Source: Squalus acanthias
Taxonomy: Eukaryota
Assembly: GCA_030390025.1 (NCBI GenBank)
Contig: CM059425.1
Span: 165,294,001 to 165,358,000 of the forward strand
Direction: 5' to 3'
DNA: 64,000 nt
Within the stretch, counting starts at the first letter, position 1; every line of letters begins with the position of its first letter. Shown piece by piece: positions 23,097-34,769 of the stretch. Under the pieces are notes generated by a model. That model was not told where the DNA came from and made no database searches. It worked only from the letters and a program-made list of their open reading frames with translations. The translations under genes and the position numbers were made by a program.

Positions 23097-24026
23097 GGGG
23101 GAATATTAACCCCAAAAAACGGGTGGATTGGGGTTGGGTGAGAAGTTAAAGTGTTAAAAATCTGAATCCCGACCCAAACCCGCCTCCAACCCACCCACTT
23201 CCGGTTTTAACGACAGGGGGACGGGCAGCCAACCTCTTCCCAGGAGGCGGGTCACACATTTAAATATTAGAATGAGGCTGCCGTGCCTCAGATTTACCGA
23301 CCATTTCAAATTTAACTCTGTTCACTGCCTCCCCCCACCAATCGTTGTCCAGGCCGGCCTGGTTCTCTCCTCCCCCTCCCACACCTCCGATCGTTCTCCA
23401 GGCCGGCCTGGTTCTCTCTCTCCTCCCCCACCTCCGATCATTCTCCAGGCCGGCCTGGTTCTCTCCTCCCCCCACCCCCCCCCCCCCCCCCCACCCCCAC
23501 CTCCAATCGTTCTCCAGGCCGGCCTGGTTCTCTCCCTCCCCCCCAACACCTCCGATCATTCTCCAGGCCAGCCTGGTTCTCTGCCTCCTCCCCCCCACCC
23601 CACCTCCGATCGTTCTCCAGGCCAGCCTGGTTCTCTGCCCCCCCCCCCCCACCCCACCTCCGATCATTCTCCAGGCCGGCCTGGTTCTCTACCCCCCACC
23701 CCCCTGCCCCCCCCAACCTCCGATCGTTCTCCAGGCCGGCCTGGTTCTCTGCCTCCCCCCCCCACCTCCGATCGTTCTCCAGGCCGGCCTGGTTCTCTGC
23801 CTCCCCCCCTCCCCGACCACCTCCTGGCCCCCGATGTTCTCTCCATTTGGTTGGCTGCGGGTGGGAAACAGAGGTTTGAAATGCAAATCAGGCCCTGCCG
23901 TTAAATTCGACAGGGTTGCAGGAAACCCGTTCTCCCGGCTTTCCCGACTGCTTCCAAGACCACCACACCACCATCCGCCTCCCCCACCCCCCGCTGCCAA
24001 CCCACTTCCCGATTGAAATACCGGCC
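23097..24026. mobile_element. Non-autonomous Harbinger-like element containing a minisatellite
   Basis: Ends GGGGGAATATT and AAATACCGGCC; subterminal CCCGCC/ACCCG motifs; TSD not clear. Confidence 0.5.
23332..23815. repeat. Minisatellite: 9 copies of a ~34-bp core separated by variable C-rich linkers
   Basis: Core CCTCCGATCGTTCTCCAGGCCGGCCTGGTTCTCT counted nine times. Confidence 0.92.
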
Positions 24027-25741
24027 TTGGTGTCTCAATGAGGATTCTTCAGTCTGATTGGTTTGAGAGCCACTTCCCTGCTCACACACGCCACAGGTCC
24101 CCTGTAGAGATCGCCATGCTGGATCAGACGCCTCATGACAGTAAGTTGCTGCTCAAAAGCCCGCAAAAAGCCTGTGGGCAGCTGTCAGCATAGTGATCAG
24201 CGAGCAACGTTCCTTCGCTGCTGACCCCAATTGGAATGACATCAAATAAATTTCTTATGAAAAAGTTAATGGACTCCAGAACATCAAAACGCCCTTTACA
24301 ACTATAATTTTAAATTAAAATAATAAAATCTAAAGAACTAAGCAGTTCTAACCTACTTCACAAAGATTTTTTGTTTCCTTATATTTGATCTAAAAATATG
24401 GAAGTTGCCTGATGCTGGAGTTGTTTTAACAAACAGGCAGCGCTTAACATGGAACAGGAATCTCCCAACTGCACATAACTCCTTGACATAATTATGCTAT
24501 TTGTAACATCAAGACTAAGCCTGTTGCTAGCTTAAAAAAAACATTTAAAAGAAGGAAAACTGGAAAAAGAAATTACTCAAAATAAGGCTTAGATTTTTCC
24601 TTCGTAAAACTCAATTATATTTGGGCTGTTTCACAGAGGTAAATGAAAGAAAACGGTGCAGTGAGACGTTCTGCAGCAAACTTGACCTAAAAAAAAACCT
24701 GTCTGTATTTTCGTGCTGGGGACCTCCAAGTAACGTGGGTCTCCGCGCTGAGTCCGCCCTGCCCCATAAAAATACTAGCAGATGAGTCTTGTTTAATGGA
24801 CCCTGTTATTTCCCTCTATTTCTGCCCCTACACATCCCTCAGGAAACAACTTCACCGCATGTTTTCCATTGTGAAGGCCAGCACGGTTTTCCCAGAGGTG
24901 GTAGGAGCAGAGGAAATCATTATTTTGAGGATTCTTTCTTGCCTGCCAAAGCAGGCCGGGGCCTACTTAAGATTCAAACGTTGCAGCCCAATAATGCCAG
25001 CAGCAGAAACATAGGATTACATGGGATATACGGCACAGAAACAGGCCACTCGGCCCAAACAGTCCATGCCGGTGTTTATGCTCCACTCGAGCCTCCTCCC
25101 GTCTTTCCTCATCTAAATCTATCAGCATAACCCTCTATTCCCTTCTCCCTCATATGCTTGTCTAGCCTCCCCTTAAATGCATCTATACAATTCATTTCAA
25201 CCAATCCCTGTGGTAGCGAGTTCCACATTCTCACTACTCTTTGGGTAAAGAAGTTTCTTCTGAATTCCCTATTTGATTTCTTGGTGACTATCTTCTATTA
25301 ATGGCCTCTAGCTATGCTCTTCCCCACAGGTGGAAACACTCTATCAAAACCTTTCATAATTTTATTCTATTCAGCCTTCTTTTTTCAAGCGAAAAGAGAC
25401 CCAGCCTGTTCATTCTTTCCTGATATGTATACCCTCGCATTTCTCGTATCATCCTTGTAAATCTTCTCTGTGACCTCTCCAGTGCCTCTATATCCTTTTT
25501 ATAATATGGCGACCAGAACTGTACGTAGTACTCCAAGTGTGGTCTAACCAAGGTTCGATACAAGTTTAGCATAACTTCAATACTTTTCAATTCTATAAGT
25601 CTAGAAATAAACCCTAGTGCTTGGTTTGCTTTTTTTATGGCCTTGTTAACCTGTGATGCGGAGATGCCGGTGTTGGACTGGGGTGGACAAAAGTGAGAAG
25701 TCGCACAACACCAGGTTATAGTCCAACAGTTTTATTTGAAA

Positions 25742-25779
25742 TCACAAGCTTTCGGAGCTGCTGCTCCTTCGTCAGGTGA
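25742..25779 (-). ncRNA. Minimal type I hammerhead ribozyme motif
   Basis: Reverse complement of 26436-26473. Confidence 0.7.
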
Positions 25780-26111
25780 AGTGAAGGAATACAGATCAGC
25801 AAAGCATATACAGACAGAGAACAATGCCTGTGCAACGTACAATGTCAGACGACTACAGTTAATCTTTCTGATTGCCTTTTATCACACCTCGGCAGAGAGA
25901 CAATCAGGTCAGTCAGGAAGACATTATATCAAAGACATAGCAAAATACACTTAGGGCAATGAGGTGGGGTCACAGGGGGTCTAATGTGTCAAATGCTGCA
26001 GTCTGTATGGAAAACCATAAACTTTAAACTTTTTACTTTTTTTTACTGGAAATCACATCTGTGAACAAGCCAACGACGACTCGAGTCTGGATGACTCTAC
26101 GTCAGGTGGGG

Positions 26112-26432
26112 TTACATGTAGTGTGACATGAACCCAAGATCCCGGTTGAGGCTGTCCTCATAGGTGCGGAACTTGGCTATCAGTTTCTGCTCGATGATTT
26201 TGCGTTGTCGTGTGTCTCGAAGGCCGCCTTGGAGAACGCTTACCCGAAGATCCGAGGCTGAATGTCCTTGACTGCTGAAGTGTTCCCCGACTGGGAGGTA
26301 ACAATCCTGCCTGGCGATTGTTGCGCGGTGTCCGTTCATACGTTGTCGTAGTGTCTGCATGGTCTCGCCGATGTACCATGCTCCGGGTCATCCTTTCCTG
26401 CAATGTATCAGGTAGACAACGTTGGCCGAGTC
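26112..26432 (-). pseudogene. Penelope GIY-YIG endonuclease fragment
   Basis: DSANVVYLIHCRKG*PGAWYIGETMQTLRQRMNGH...IIEQKLI...LNRD; one in-frame stop. Confidence 0.9.
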
Positions 26433-26435
26433 ACT

Positions 26436-26473
26436 TCACCTGACGAAGGAGCAGCAGCTCCGAAAGCTTGTGA
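26436..26473 (+). ncRNA. Minimal type I hammerhead ribozyme motif
   Basis: TCAC-CTGACGA-A-GGAGC-AGCA-GCTCC-GAAA-GCTT-GTGA: CUGANGA and GAAA core, stem I TCAC/GTGA, stem II GGAGC/GCTCC, palindromic AAGCTT in place of a full stem III. Confidence 0.7.
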
Positions 26474-27074
26474 TTTCAAATAAAACTGTTGGACTATAAC
26501 CTGGTGTTGTGCGACTTCTCACTTTTGTTAACCTGTGTCACTACTTTTAGTGATTTGTGTATTTGTACTCCAAGATCCCTTTGTTCCTCTACCCCACCCA
26601 GACTCGCACCCTCCAAGTAATAAGTGACCTTCTTATTCTACCTACCAAAATGTAATGGGGGAAAAATTCAGTTGATTTGCGCCTCCCGTTAGCGCCCTCT
26701 TAGGGCGCTAACGGGGCACGAAGCAACTAGGGCCCGGGCGCGGCGATGTTTGCACCGCTCGTGAAATTGACCAGACATTTTGCGGCGGCGCTATACACTA
26801 CCGCCACGATCTCCTGCGCCCTGCCTTTCCGCCTGCCTCTATCATCGACGGGTAGAGGGGAACGTTTTGCAGTCGGGAAGGGACTGGGGGAGCGCTATTT
26901 AAAGGCGGCCGCTTCCTGCCTTTTTTTGTCGGTGACATTTTTGCACCACGCATTCTGAGAGAGAGAGAGAGACTTCTGGAGAAATTCAACGTGTGTGAAG
27001 GAGTTTTGGGTATTGAGCAGCACTTTGCAGGTTCATTTTGATTTGACCTTCCTTGCATCGATTTAGAAGAGACT

Positions 27075-29168
27075 TGGGGGCTGCACTGATTTGGGGCGTC
27101 GTCCTGCAACTGCAGAATCGGAGGCATCAGAGACGCAGAGAGAGAGTGGCAAACATGGCCAGAGGGAGGAGGGCCAACAGGCCTCTGCACAGGAAACTTT
27201 ACCCTCCCAGGGTATTCCGGGAGCAATCCTCCTACATTCATTTGTCTGAGGAGCAGGGTTTGCGCAGGCTGTGCTTCAACAAGGAGGTAGTCACTGAGCT
27301 CTGCCACCTGCTGCAACCAGATCTGCAGCCACAACTGAGGACCAGGACGTCTCTGTCGGTGGCAGTGAAGGTGACAGTGGCTCTGAATTTTTATGCCAGT
27401 GGCTCCTTTCAAGCATCTACTGGGGATGTTCGCTGATGACTGCACAGTATTCAGTGCCATTCACAACTCGTCAGATAATGAAGCAGTCCATGCCTGCATG
27501 CAACAAGACCTGGACGACGTTCAGGCTTGGGCTGATAAGTGGCATATAACATTTACACCAGAGAAGTGCCAGGCAATGACTATCTCCAACAAGCGAGAGT
27601 CTAACCACCGTCCCTTGACATTCAACGGCATTACCATCGCTGAATCTCCCACCATCAACATCCTGGGGGTCACCATTGACCAGAAAATTAACTGGACCAG
27701 CCACATAAATACTGTGGCAACAAGAGCAGGTCAGAGGCTAAGTATTCTATGGCGAGTGTCTCACCTCCTGACTCCCCAAAGCCTTTCTACCATCTACAAG
27801 GCACAAGTAAGGAGTGTGATGGAATACTCTCCACTTGCCTGGATGAGTGCAGCTCCAACAACACTCAGGAAGCTCGACACCATCCAGGACAAAGCAGCCC
27901 ACTTGATTGGCACCCCATCTACCACCTTAAACATTCACTCCCTCCACCACCGGTGTACCGTGGCTGCAGTGTGTACCATCTACAAGATGCACTGCAGCAA
28001 CTCGCCAAGGCTTCTTCGGCAGCACCTCCCAAATGTGTGACCTCTTCCACCTAGAAGGACAAGGGCAGCAGGCGCATGGGAACTCCACCACCTCCAAGTT
28101 CCCCTCCAAGTCACACATAATCCTGACTTAGATGTATATCGCCGATCCTTCATCGTCACTGGGTCAAAATCCTGGAACTCCCTTCCTAACAGCACTGTGG
28201 GAGTACCTTCACCACACGGACTGCAGCGGTTCAAGAAGGTGGGTCACCATCACCTTCTCAAGGGCAATTAAGGATGGGCAATAAACGCTGGACTTGCCAG
28301 TGATGCCCACATCCCATAAACGAATAAATTAAAAAAAAATCTACTGGGGACATCGCCAATATCACCCAGTTCGCTGTCCATTGCTGTATCCGGGAGGTGA
28401 CAAATGCCCTGTATAAATGGAGACGCCAGTACATCTCTTTCCCCAATGACCCGGGCCAAACAGCATGAACGCGCATCTGGCTTTGCTAGGATAGTGGGCT
28501 TCCCCATGGTGCAAGGCGCCATTGACTGCACGCATGTGGCATTGCGGGCACTGCATGAAAATGCAGAGGTTTTCCGAAACCGCAAGCGCTACCACTCCTT
28601 AAATGTGCAGTTGGTCTGTGACCACAGACAGCTCATACTCGCTGTCAATGCCCGCTATCCTGGCAGCAGCCACGATGCTTTCATCCTGCGCCAGACTGGT
28701 GTGCCAGACCTTTTCCAGGCACCACATCACCCAAGTGGTTGGCTCCTCGGGGACAAAGGTTATTCACTCTGCACATGCCTGATGACCCCGCTCTGTAACC
28801 CCAACACCCCTGCCGAGCTGCGGTATAATGAGAGCCACATCGCCACCAGGAACATAATTGAGCAGACGATCGGCGTGCTCAAGCAATGGTTCCACTGTCT
28901 GGACCACTCAGGAGGAGCCCTGCAGTACTCTCCTGAGCGAGTCTCCCACTTCATAGTTGTGTGCTGCATGCTTCACAATCTGGCAATCCTGAGGACCCAG
29001 CCAATGCCACCAGGGATTGGTGCACCACCTGAGGAGGAGGAGGAGGAGGAGGAAGAGGAGGAGGAGGATGAGGGGGGTGATCAGCAGCAGCACCAATATG
29101 GGAGGGAGGCGCACAATGTTGCCACTGCAAGGGCCGTCCGTCAACGGCTGATAACAAGCCACTTCTAG
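27075..29168 (+). pseudogene. Harbinger DDE transposase, LINE-interrupted, with one frameshift near 28440
   Basis: VKVTVALNFYASGSFQASTGD [LINE insert] IANITQFAVH...GAIDCTHVAL...GDKGY...IIEQTIGVLK...CCMLHN, poly-Glu, RQRLITSHF*. Confidence 0.92.
27427..28338 (+). mobile_element. 5'-truncated non-LTR retrotransposon (CR1-group, second family)
   Basis: MFADDCTVF RT motif through to an A-rich tail; 12-bp TSD ATCTACTGGGGA (27415-27426, 28339-28350). Confidence 0.93.
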
Positions 29169-29549
29169 GCCCCTACTCAGAAGATGGCTTCTGACATGGA
29201 GAACAACATCATGGAAAGCAACCCGCACCCCCTATTGCCGGCCAAAGCTGGAATGATTCCAAAGGCCAAAAATGTAAATTTTGAATACAACAACTTTATT
29301 CTTTAATAAACTCTGTGTGTGTCATTTATTCAGGGCAAACAATTAGAAACAAACACAACAGATCATGAATTAACAGAACTGGTTCTCACAGGCTGGAGAT
29401 AAACACCAAAACAGTAAACAAATATAATCACACGAACCTCGACCTTTACTAGAAACATTCCCACCATTTATTTAGACCTCCTATTGTTTTCTCTTCGAGA
29501 GTGATCTCCATCCCCTGCGCACTTCCCCCCTTCCCACCCTACTGCTCCT

Positions 29550-31386
29550 TCATAATGGGGCCCCAGTGGCTGCAGCAAGGCTGGTGGAAGGCTGCTGAAT
29601 GTCAGATGCAGAGTCTACAGATGCCCTTGAAGGACGGCCTCGACCAGCTCTGGGCCTGGAGGCCCCGGCTGTAGACTGCACCAACTCTGCATGGGCGGCA
29701 GCAGTCTGGGCTGGCTGTGTTGCAGGTGGTGGCAAGTGCAATGGGGAAGTGACAGTGGTGGGAGCAGGAATGCTATCATCCTGAGAGAGGACAGCACCTT
29801 CCTGCTCGACCGACACACTGGCACTCCCATGGGGCAGTACCTCAGCATCCGGAGCAATCTGCTCGAGCACAGATTGCTGGCCAGCTGCGGCACCGTGAGA
29901 GCCCCGGGGCAATGTGGCCGACCCAGCGAGGATGGCAGCAGTCAGTGCTTGCATTACATAAGAGCAGTCTGAGATTGGATGGCAGCAGCCAGTGACTGAA
30001 TTGCAGCACTAAGTCGTTGCGTTGCTTCGGCCTGTGCTGCAGCGAAGTGCTCCACACTCCTTGCCAGTCCATCAATGCTTTCAGGCACCCTTGCCATTGC
30101 ACCCATGAGCTCAGTGTGCATGCTCAAGGCCTGGCTATTCATGACCGTGATGTCGGGGTCCTCCTCTGAGTCCAGTGCAGCAGGACTCGCTTGCCTACTC
30201 GCCCTCCGGGGAGATGGCACCCGAGATTCCCTACCTCCATGGCGTTGCTGCAGCCCGCTGGGTCCCGGAGCTTCGTCCTCATCAGACCCTTCCCCCCTGC
30301 TCCCCTCCAGGGAAGGCGTGGTCCCAGTGTGGCCATGGGCTCCCTCGGGAGATGCATTCGGTGAGGCTCCGTCTTCCTCTTCTTCCTCGCCTGGGGCGTC
30401 ACTGCCACTGGTTGGTTGAGGGACAGGCTGCTCAGCTGGTGGCTCACTATCTGAAAGCAGTGAGGTACAAGAGTGGCTTTAGCTTCAGGACAGGGGGCAG
30501 TAGGAGCAAGGACTGGAGACATTTAGTAAGTTGGATTGAAAGTGTAAAAGGCTGGTGTTGTGAGGGGCAAGTGGAATGAGAGAGGAGAGAAAGTTGATGA
30601 ACATACCATTGCTGTCCCCAAGGTCGATCTCTCCAGTGGCCACTGCACCTATGACCTGGCTGGCAACGATCCTGTGCACGCGCGCCTCCAAATCGCTGAG
30701 GGTCTGCAGCTCAGCTGGTCCTCCACTCGTGCGTTGCTGCTGGTGCCTGTTATGAGATAGCTTGGCCTGCAAGAAAATGGTCGGCGTCTGAGTAAATGTG
30801 CAGCCATGTGCTTGCCTGATGTGCCTCCCATAGTTTAATAGCCCTTAATGCATTCAGCCATGTGCTTGCCTGATGTGCCTCCCATAGTTGAATAGCCCTT
30901 AATGTATGCAGCCATGTGCTTACCTGATGTGCCTCCCATAGTTGAATAGCCCTTAATGTATGCAGCCATGTGCTTGCGTGATGTGCCTCCCATAGTTGAC
31001 TAGCCCTTAATGTATGCAAGGTGTGGAATGTGCGTGTGTGTTTTATGAGATGGCCATAGGTCTTGGATGAGTGTTGAGCATTTGGGGTTTTTAAACCCTC
31101 TGGGCACAGAGTGAAGTTGAGATGGAGGGATTGAAAAGCAGCCACTCACCCTGACCACCCAAGTGAGTTCGTTGAACTTCTTCCGACATAGGGTGTGGGT
31201 CTTGGGCACCAGGCTCCTGGAGGAGATGTGCTGAGCCACCTCCCTCCAGACTCGTCTGTATTCGCGGGGCAATGGCCTCCTGCCACTCTGTGGGTAGAGT
31301 ACTGCCCTTCGCCGCTCCACAGCGCCAACCAAAGCCACCAAGCCCCAGTCGCTGAGGCGCTGAGCTCTTTCCCTAGGCCTCTCCAT
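29550..31386 (-). pseudogene. Harbinger Myb/SANT-like gene, 3 exons (31386-31150, 30766-30607, 30450 to ~29550)
   Basis: MERPRERAQRLSD...WREVAQ...CRKKFNELTWVVR|gtgagt; same exon structure as copy A1; exon 3 is broken into several ORFs. Confidence 0.85.
30799..31018. repeat. 54-bp tandem repeat x4 in intron 1 of the Myb gene
   Basis: Unit TGCAGCCATGTGCTTGCCTGATGTGCCTCCCATAGTTGAATAGCCCTTAATGTA. Confidence 0.95.
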
Positions 31387-31895
31387 TGTTCTTTCCTGCA
31401 GAATTGATGCACAGGTCTGTCCAGGCCGAGATTCAAGGCTGCAATGAGCAGGGTGTAGCTGGAGAGCAAGATCGCCCCTTCCCTTTAAGAACTGGCCGGC
31501 GCCAGTCTGTCTGTGTTCCATTGCTAACTGACATCACATGAGCTTCGCCAGCGCTCTGAGGTAGCGCCTTGCTCCTCGGCGTTAGCGCCTTAAGAGAGGT
31601 GTGTAGCGCCTGATTTAGCGCTCCAATCACCTCCAGGGGTGATAGAGGCAGGTTTGCAGTCGGAGGCGATAATTAGCGCCAGGCGCTAAACTTTGCACCC
31701 GGCCGATAATTGCGCCCCAAACGAGGCGATACCGAATTTCTCCCCCAATACCTCACATTTATCTGTGTTGAATTTCATTTGCCAATTATATGCCCATTCT
31801 GCAAGTTTATTAATGTCTTCCTGTAATTTGTTGCAGTCCTCCTCAGTATTAACTATCCCCCGCAATTTGGTGTCATTCGTAAATTTAGAAATTGT

Positions 31896-33659
31896 GGCCG
31901 CGATTTCCCCTACCTCGGCGGGTCCGGTGCGGCCGGGGTCGGTGGCGGGTCCCGACGTCGCTGCTGGCTCCAGCCCGCAGTCCAAAGTGATTTTACATTG
32001 ATTGGGCTTGTTAAGCCCGCCCAGCGCGTTTACTGGCCAATTGAAGGAAGCGGGTCTCATGACATCACTTGATGATGCGTCATCAACTGGCTTCCTTAAA
32101 GGGACCATGCGCAAATTGATTTTGACAGTTGTGCTGTCAGTCTTCTACAGCATTGAGGTGCTGCAAACACTGACAAGCACTGCACAGAGGTGCAGGGCTA
32201 TACCCAGGCTCTCCCATGACTCCCTCCATATGCTTATGGAGGGAGTCACAGCATGCAGGGAGGTTCTCTTCCCTTCCAATGTGCGGAAGAGACCTCCCCA
32301 GGAGACCAACACAGCCTGGTTGCACATTGCACAGGAGGACACAAGCAGGGATGTCGTCAGGAAGACCAGGCTGCTGTGGCGCAAACCTTTCAATGATCTC
32401 AGTAGATCACGAAACGTTACTGCAAAGCCACACTCAACCTCATCCTGCTGTGCCTCTCATCACATCCCCATCACTCTGCCTTTCCTACCCTACTCCTGCA
32501 CATCCTTACTCACACCAACTTACCTTGCACCTCTACCCATCCCTCTCTTCCCCATCTCACTAGCCACCCCTCACACTCACCCTCATCTTAGTCCAAACAT
32601 ACCAACTAACAACACACAAGGGTGTTTTAGCCAATGTTCATGTGAAGTTTCTGTTAATGTGCTGTCAAACATTGAAATTTTTATTTTCAACACTTTGCGT
32701 TCTTGGACGGATTTGTGTGCACGTTTGGAAGTGGCTTAGTGAGTTGCAGTGAATGGTGAGACATACCGGTACCCCTCACAATGCTGATGAGTGTGAAAGG
32801 AATGGCTTGGGCATTGTAGGGATGCTTTATGGTGTAGGTGTGGGGTGGTGCCAACTGTATGCTCTGGCTGCATCATGTGGCAGCCAGAGCATACAGCGTC
32901 AAGTGAAGTAAATCTGGCCATGGTGAGGCCATCCCTGGCCTACCGGGCAGCAATGTGCTCAGGTGCTGATGCCCTGTGTCCTGTGCAGCATCAGTTGATT
33001 GTGGAGAAGGTTGGTGTTGTTGTTGGTGCTGCTGGCGTGTCTGGTGCTGCTGGTGTTGGGGCTGATCATGGTGGGATTCTGAGGACCAAGGTGAGATAGT
33101 TTCAATGGCACCGATGCTGATGTAATAGATGGCAGGTGAACTTGAGATGACAGAAGCGATCTGTCAATGGTGAGAGAGGTTGTTCCAATGAGGTGACACT
33201 GGATACAATGTTTACTCCAAACACTTGCAAGCTGCATAAAGCTCAATCTGTCTTCCAAATGCAGTAAGCAACAGCTTCTGAGCTTGGAAAGTGAGCAGTT
33301 ATGAGATGGGAGCTTTTATAGCACATTTGCAGCTGTCAAGTAAAGAGATGATTTCATGGTAACACAACTCCAAACCTGCTTACCTGACATGATCCCCAAA
33401 CAGCGTGGACCCCGTGGGTGACTTGTAAAATTTAAAGGTGAGCTCAAAATACTTTTAAATGGCTCTTAACAAGGTCATAATGAACTAAATTGACTCCCCC
33501 GGCGCTGCGTGTCAGGTCTGTTCAGCGTTGACAGACCCGACATCTGGGAAAATCGCGTGGTAGCGGGTTGACTGGGTTCCCGACCCGCTGTCAACAAAAA
33601 AATTTTCCCACCCGACCTGCCACCAAATGTGTCTGCTGACCCCCTGAAAAATTCTCCTC
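31896..33659. mobile_element. Internally deleted Harbinger (family B-like) with a Myb exon 1 remnant (+) and a Gln-rich transposase N-terminal remnant (-)
   Basis: TGT TSD (31893-31895, 33660-33662); removal restores CR1 DFGIKNTISKF; PRLSHDSLHMLMEGV...WLHIAQE...FNDLSRS at ~32200-32415. Confidence 0.85.
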
Positions 33660-34769
33660 TGTGTTTTTGATTCCAAAGTCTAAATCGTTAATATAGATTG
33701 TGAACAGCAGTGGTCCCAGCACTGATCCTTGTGGAACACCACTACCCACCTTCTGCCACTGTGAATAGCTACCCTTTACCCATACTCTCTGCTTTCTGTC
33801 TTGAAGCCAGCTAGCTATCCATTCTGCTACTTGTTCCCTGACTCTACATGCTGTTACCTTATTCATTAGTCTATTATGTGGTACCTTATTGAAGGCCTTT
33901 TGAAAATCTAGATAAATTACATCTACTGCATTACCGTTATCTATTCTCTCTGATACCTCTTCAAAAAATTCAATGAGGTTGGTCAAGCAAGACATTCCCT
34001 TTTGAAATCCATGCTGACTATTCATTATCATATTTTTGGCTTCTAGATGTTCTTCTATTTTCTCCTTTAGTAGGGATTCCATTATTTTTCCTATCACCGA
34101 TGTTAAGCTGACTGGTCTATAGTTCCCTGGACATGTTCTATCTCCCTTCTTAAGTATAGGTATTATGTTAGCTATCCGCCAGTCCTCTGGCACTACACCT
34201 TTTTCTAATGAATTATTAAATATGTGTAGTAATACCTTTGCTATTTTCCCTAGATTCTTTTAAAATGCGCGGATGTAATCCATCCAGACATGTTTTTTTT
34301 TCCCCTTTGTGTTTGATTAGTTTATTTAATATATCGCCTCTTTTTATTTTAAATGCAGTTATTTCATTACTAATCTCATGATCCAATGTCATGTCCACCT
34401 ATTCTATCTCCCTGGTAAATACTGAGGCAAAGTAATTATTTAATATTTCTGCCATCTCTCTATCACTGTCTGTGGTATTATCCTGTCCATCCCTTAGTGG
34501 CCCTATTCCCATCCCAACTTTCCTTTTTTTTTATTGATGAGCCTGTAAAATATTTTATTATTTTGTTTTATGTTCCTTGATAATTTAATTTCATAGTTCC
34601 TCTTTGTCTTCCGAATTGCTTTTTTGACTTCTTTCCTAATCTCTTCATATTTTCCCTTATCATGCTCTTCCCTGCTGCCCGTGTACTTAATGTATGCCTC
34701 TTTCCTTACCCTCAATTTTTCTCTATGCGTTTATTCATCCATGGTGTCCCATTAGTGTTTAGCTTGTCC

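Larger units (their letters stand above)
22419..24230. mobile_element. Probable non-autonomous DNA-transposon remnant hosting two nested insertions
   Basis: Starts GGCCCGGATT, a Harbinger-like terminus, with the GC-rich end / AT-rich core layout; right boundary uncertain. Confidence 0.4.
25656..26528 (-). mobile_element. 5'-truncated Penelope-like retroelement with an inverted partial pLTR
   Basis: GIY-YIG endonuclease C-terminal part; 98-bp perfect inverted repeat (25687-25784 / 26431-26528); TTGTTAACCTGTG duplicated at 25643-25655 and 26525-26537. Confidence 0.9.
26657..31746. mobile_element. PIF/Harbinger transposon, family A (copy A2), carrying a LINE insertion
   Basis: TIR GGGGGAAAAATTC / GAATTTCTCCCCC, AAT TSD (26654-26656, 31747-31749), convergent genes; inserted in the old CR1. 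Confidence 0.95.

Noticed and set aside
23332..23815. CRISPR-like array (palindromic repeat with variable spacers)
   Set aside because: Linkers are low-complexity C runs related to each other, there are no cas genes, and the context is vertebrate; it is a minisatellite.
23260..24016. Pro-rich and Gly-rich ORFs of up to 223 aa
   Set aside because: By-products of the stop-poor minisatellite, open in several frames on both strands.
7733..31386. Domesticated host genes HARBI1 or NAIF1/MSANTD
   Set aside because: All copies lie between TIRs with TSDs and carry frameshifts, stops or insertions; they are transposon genes.
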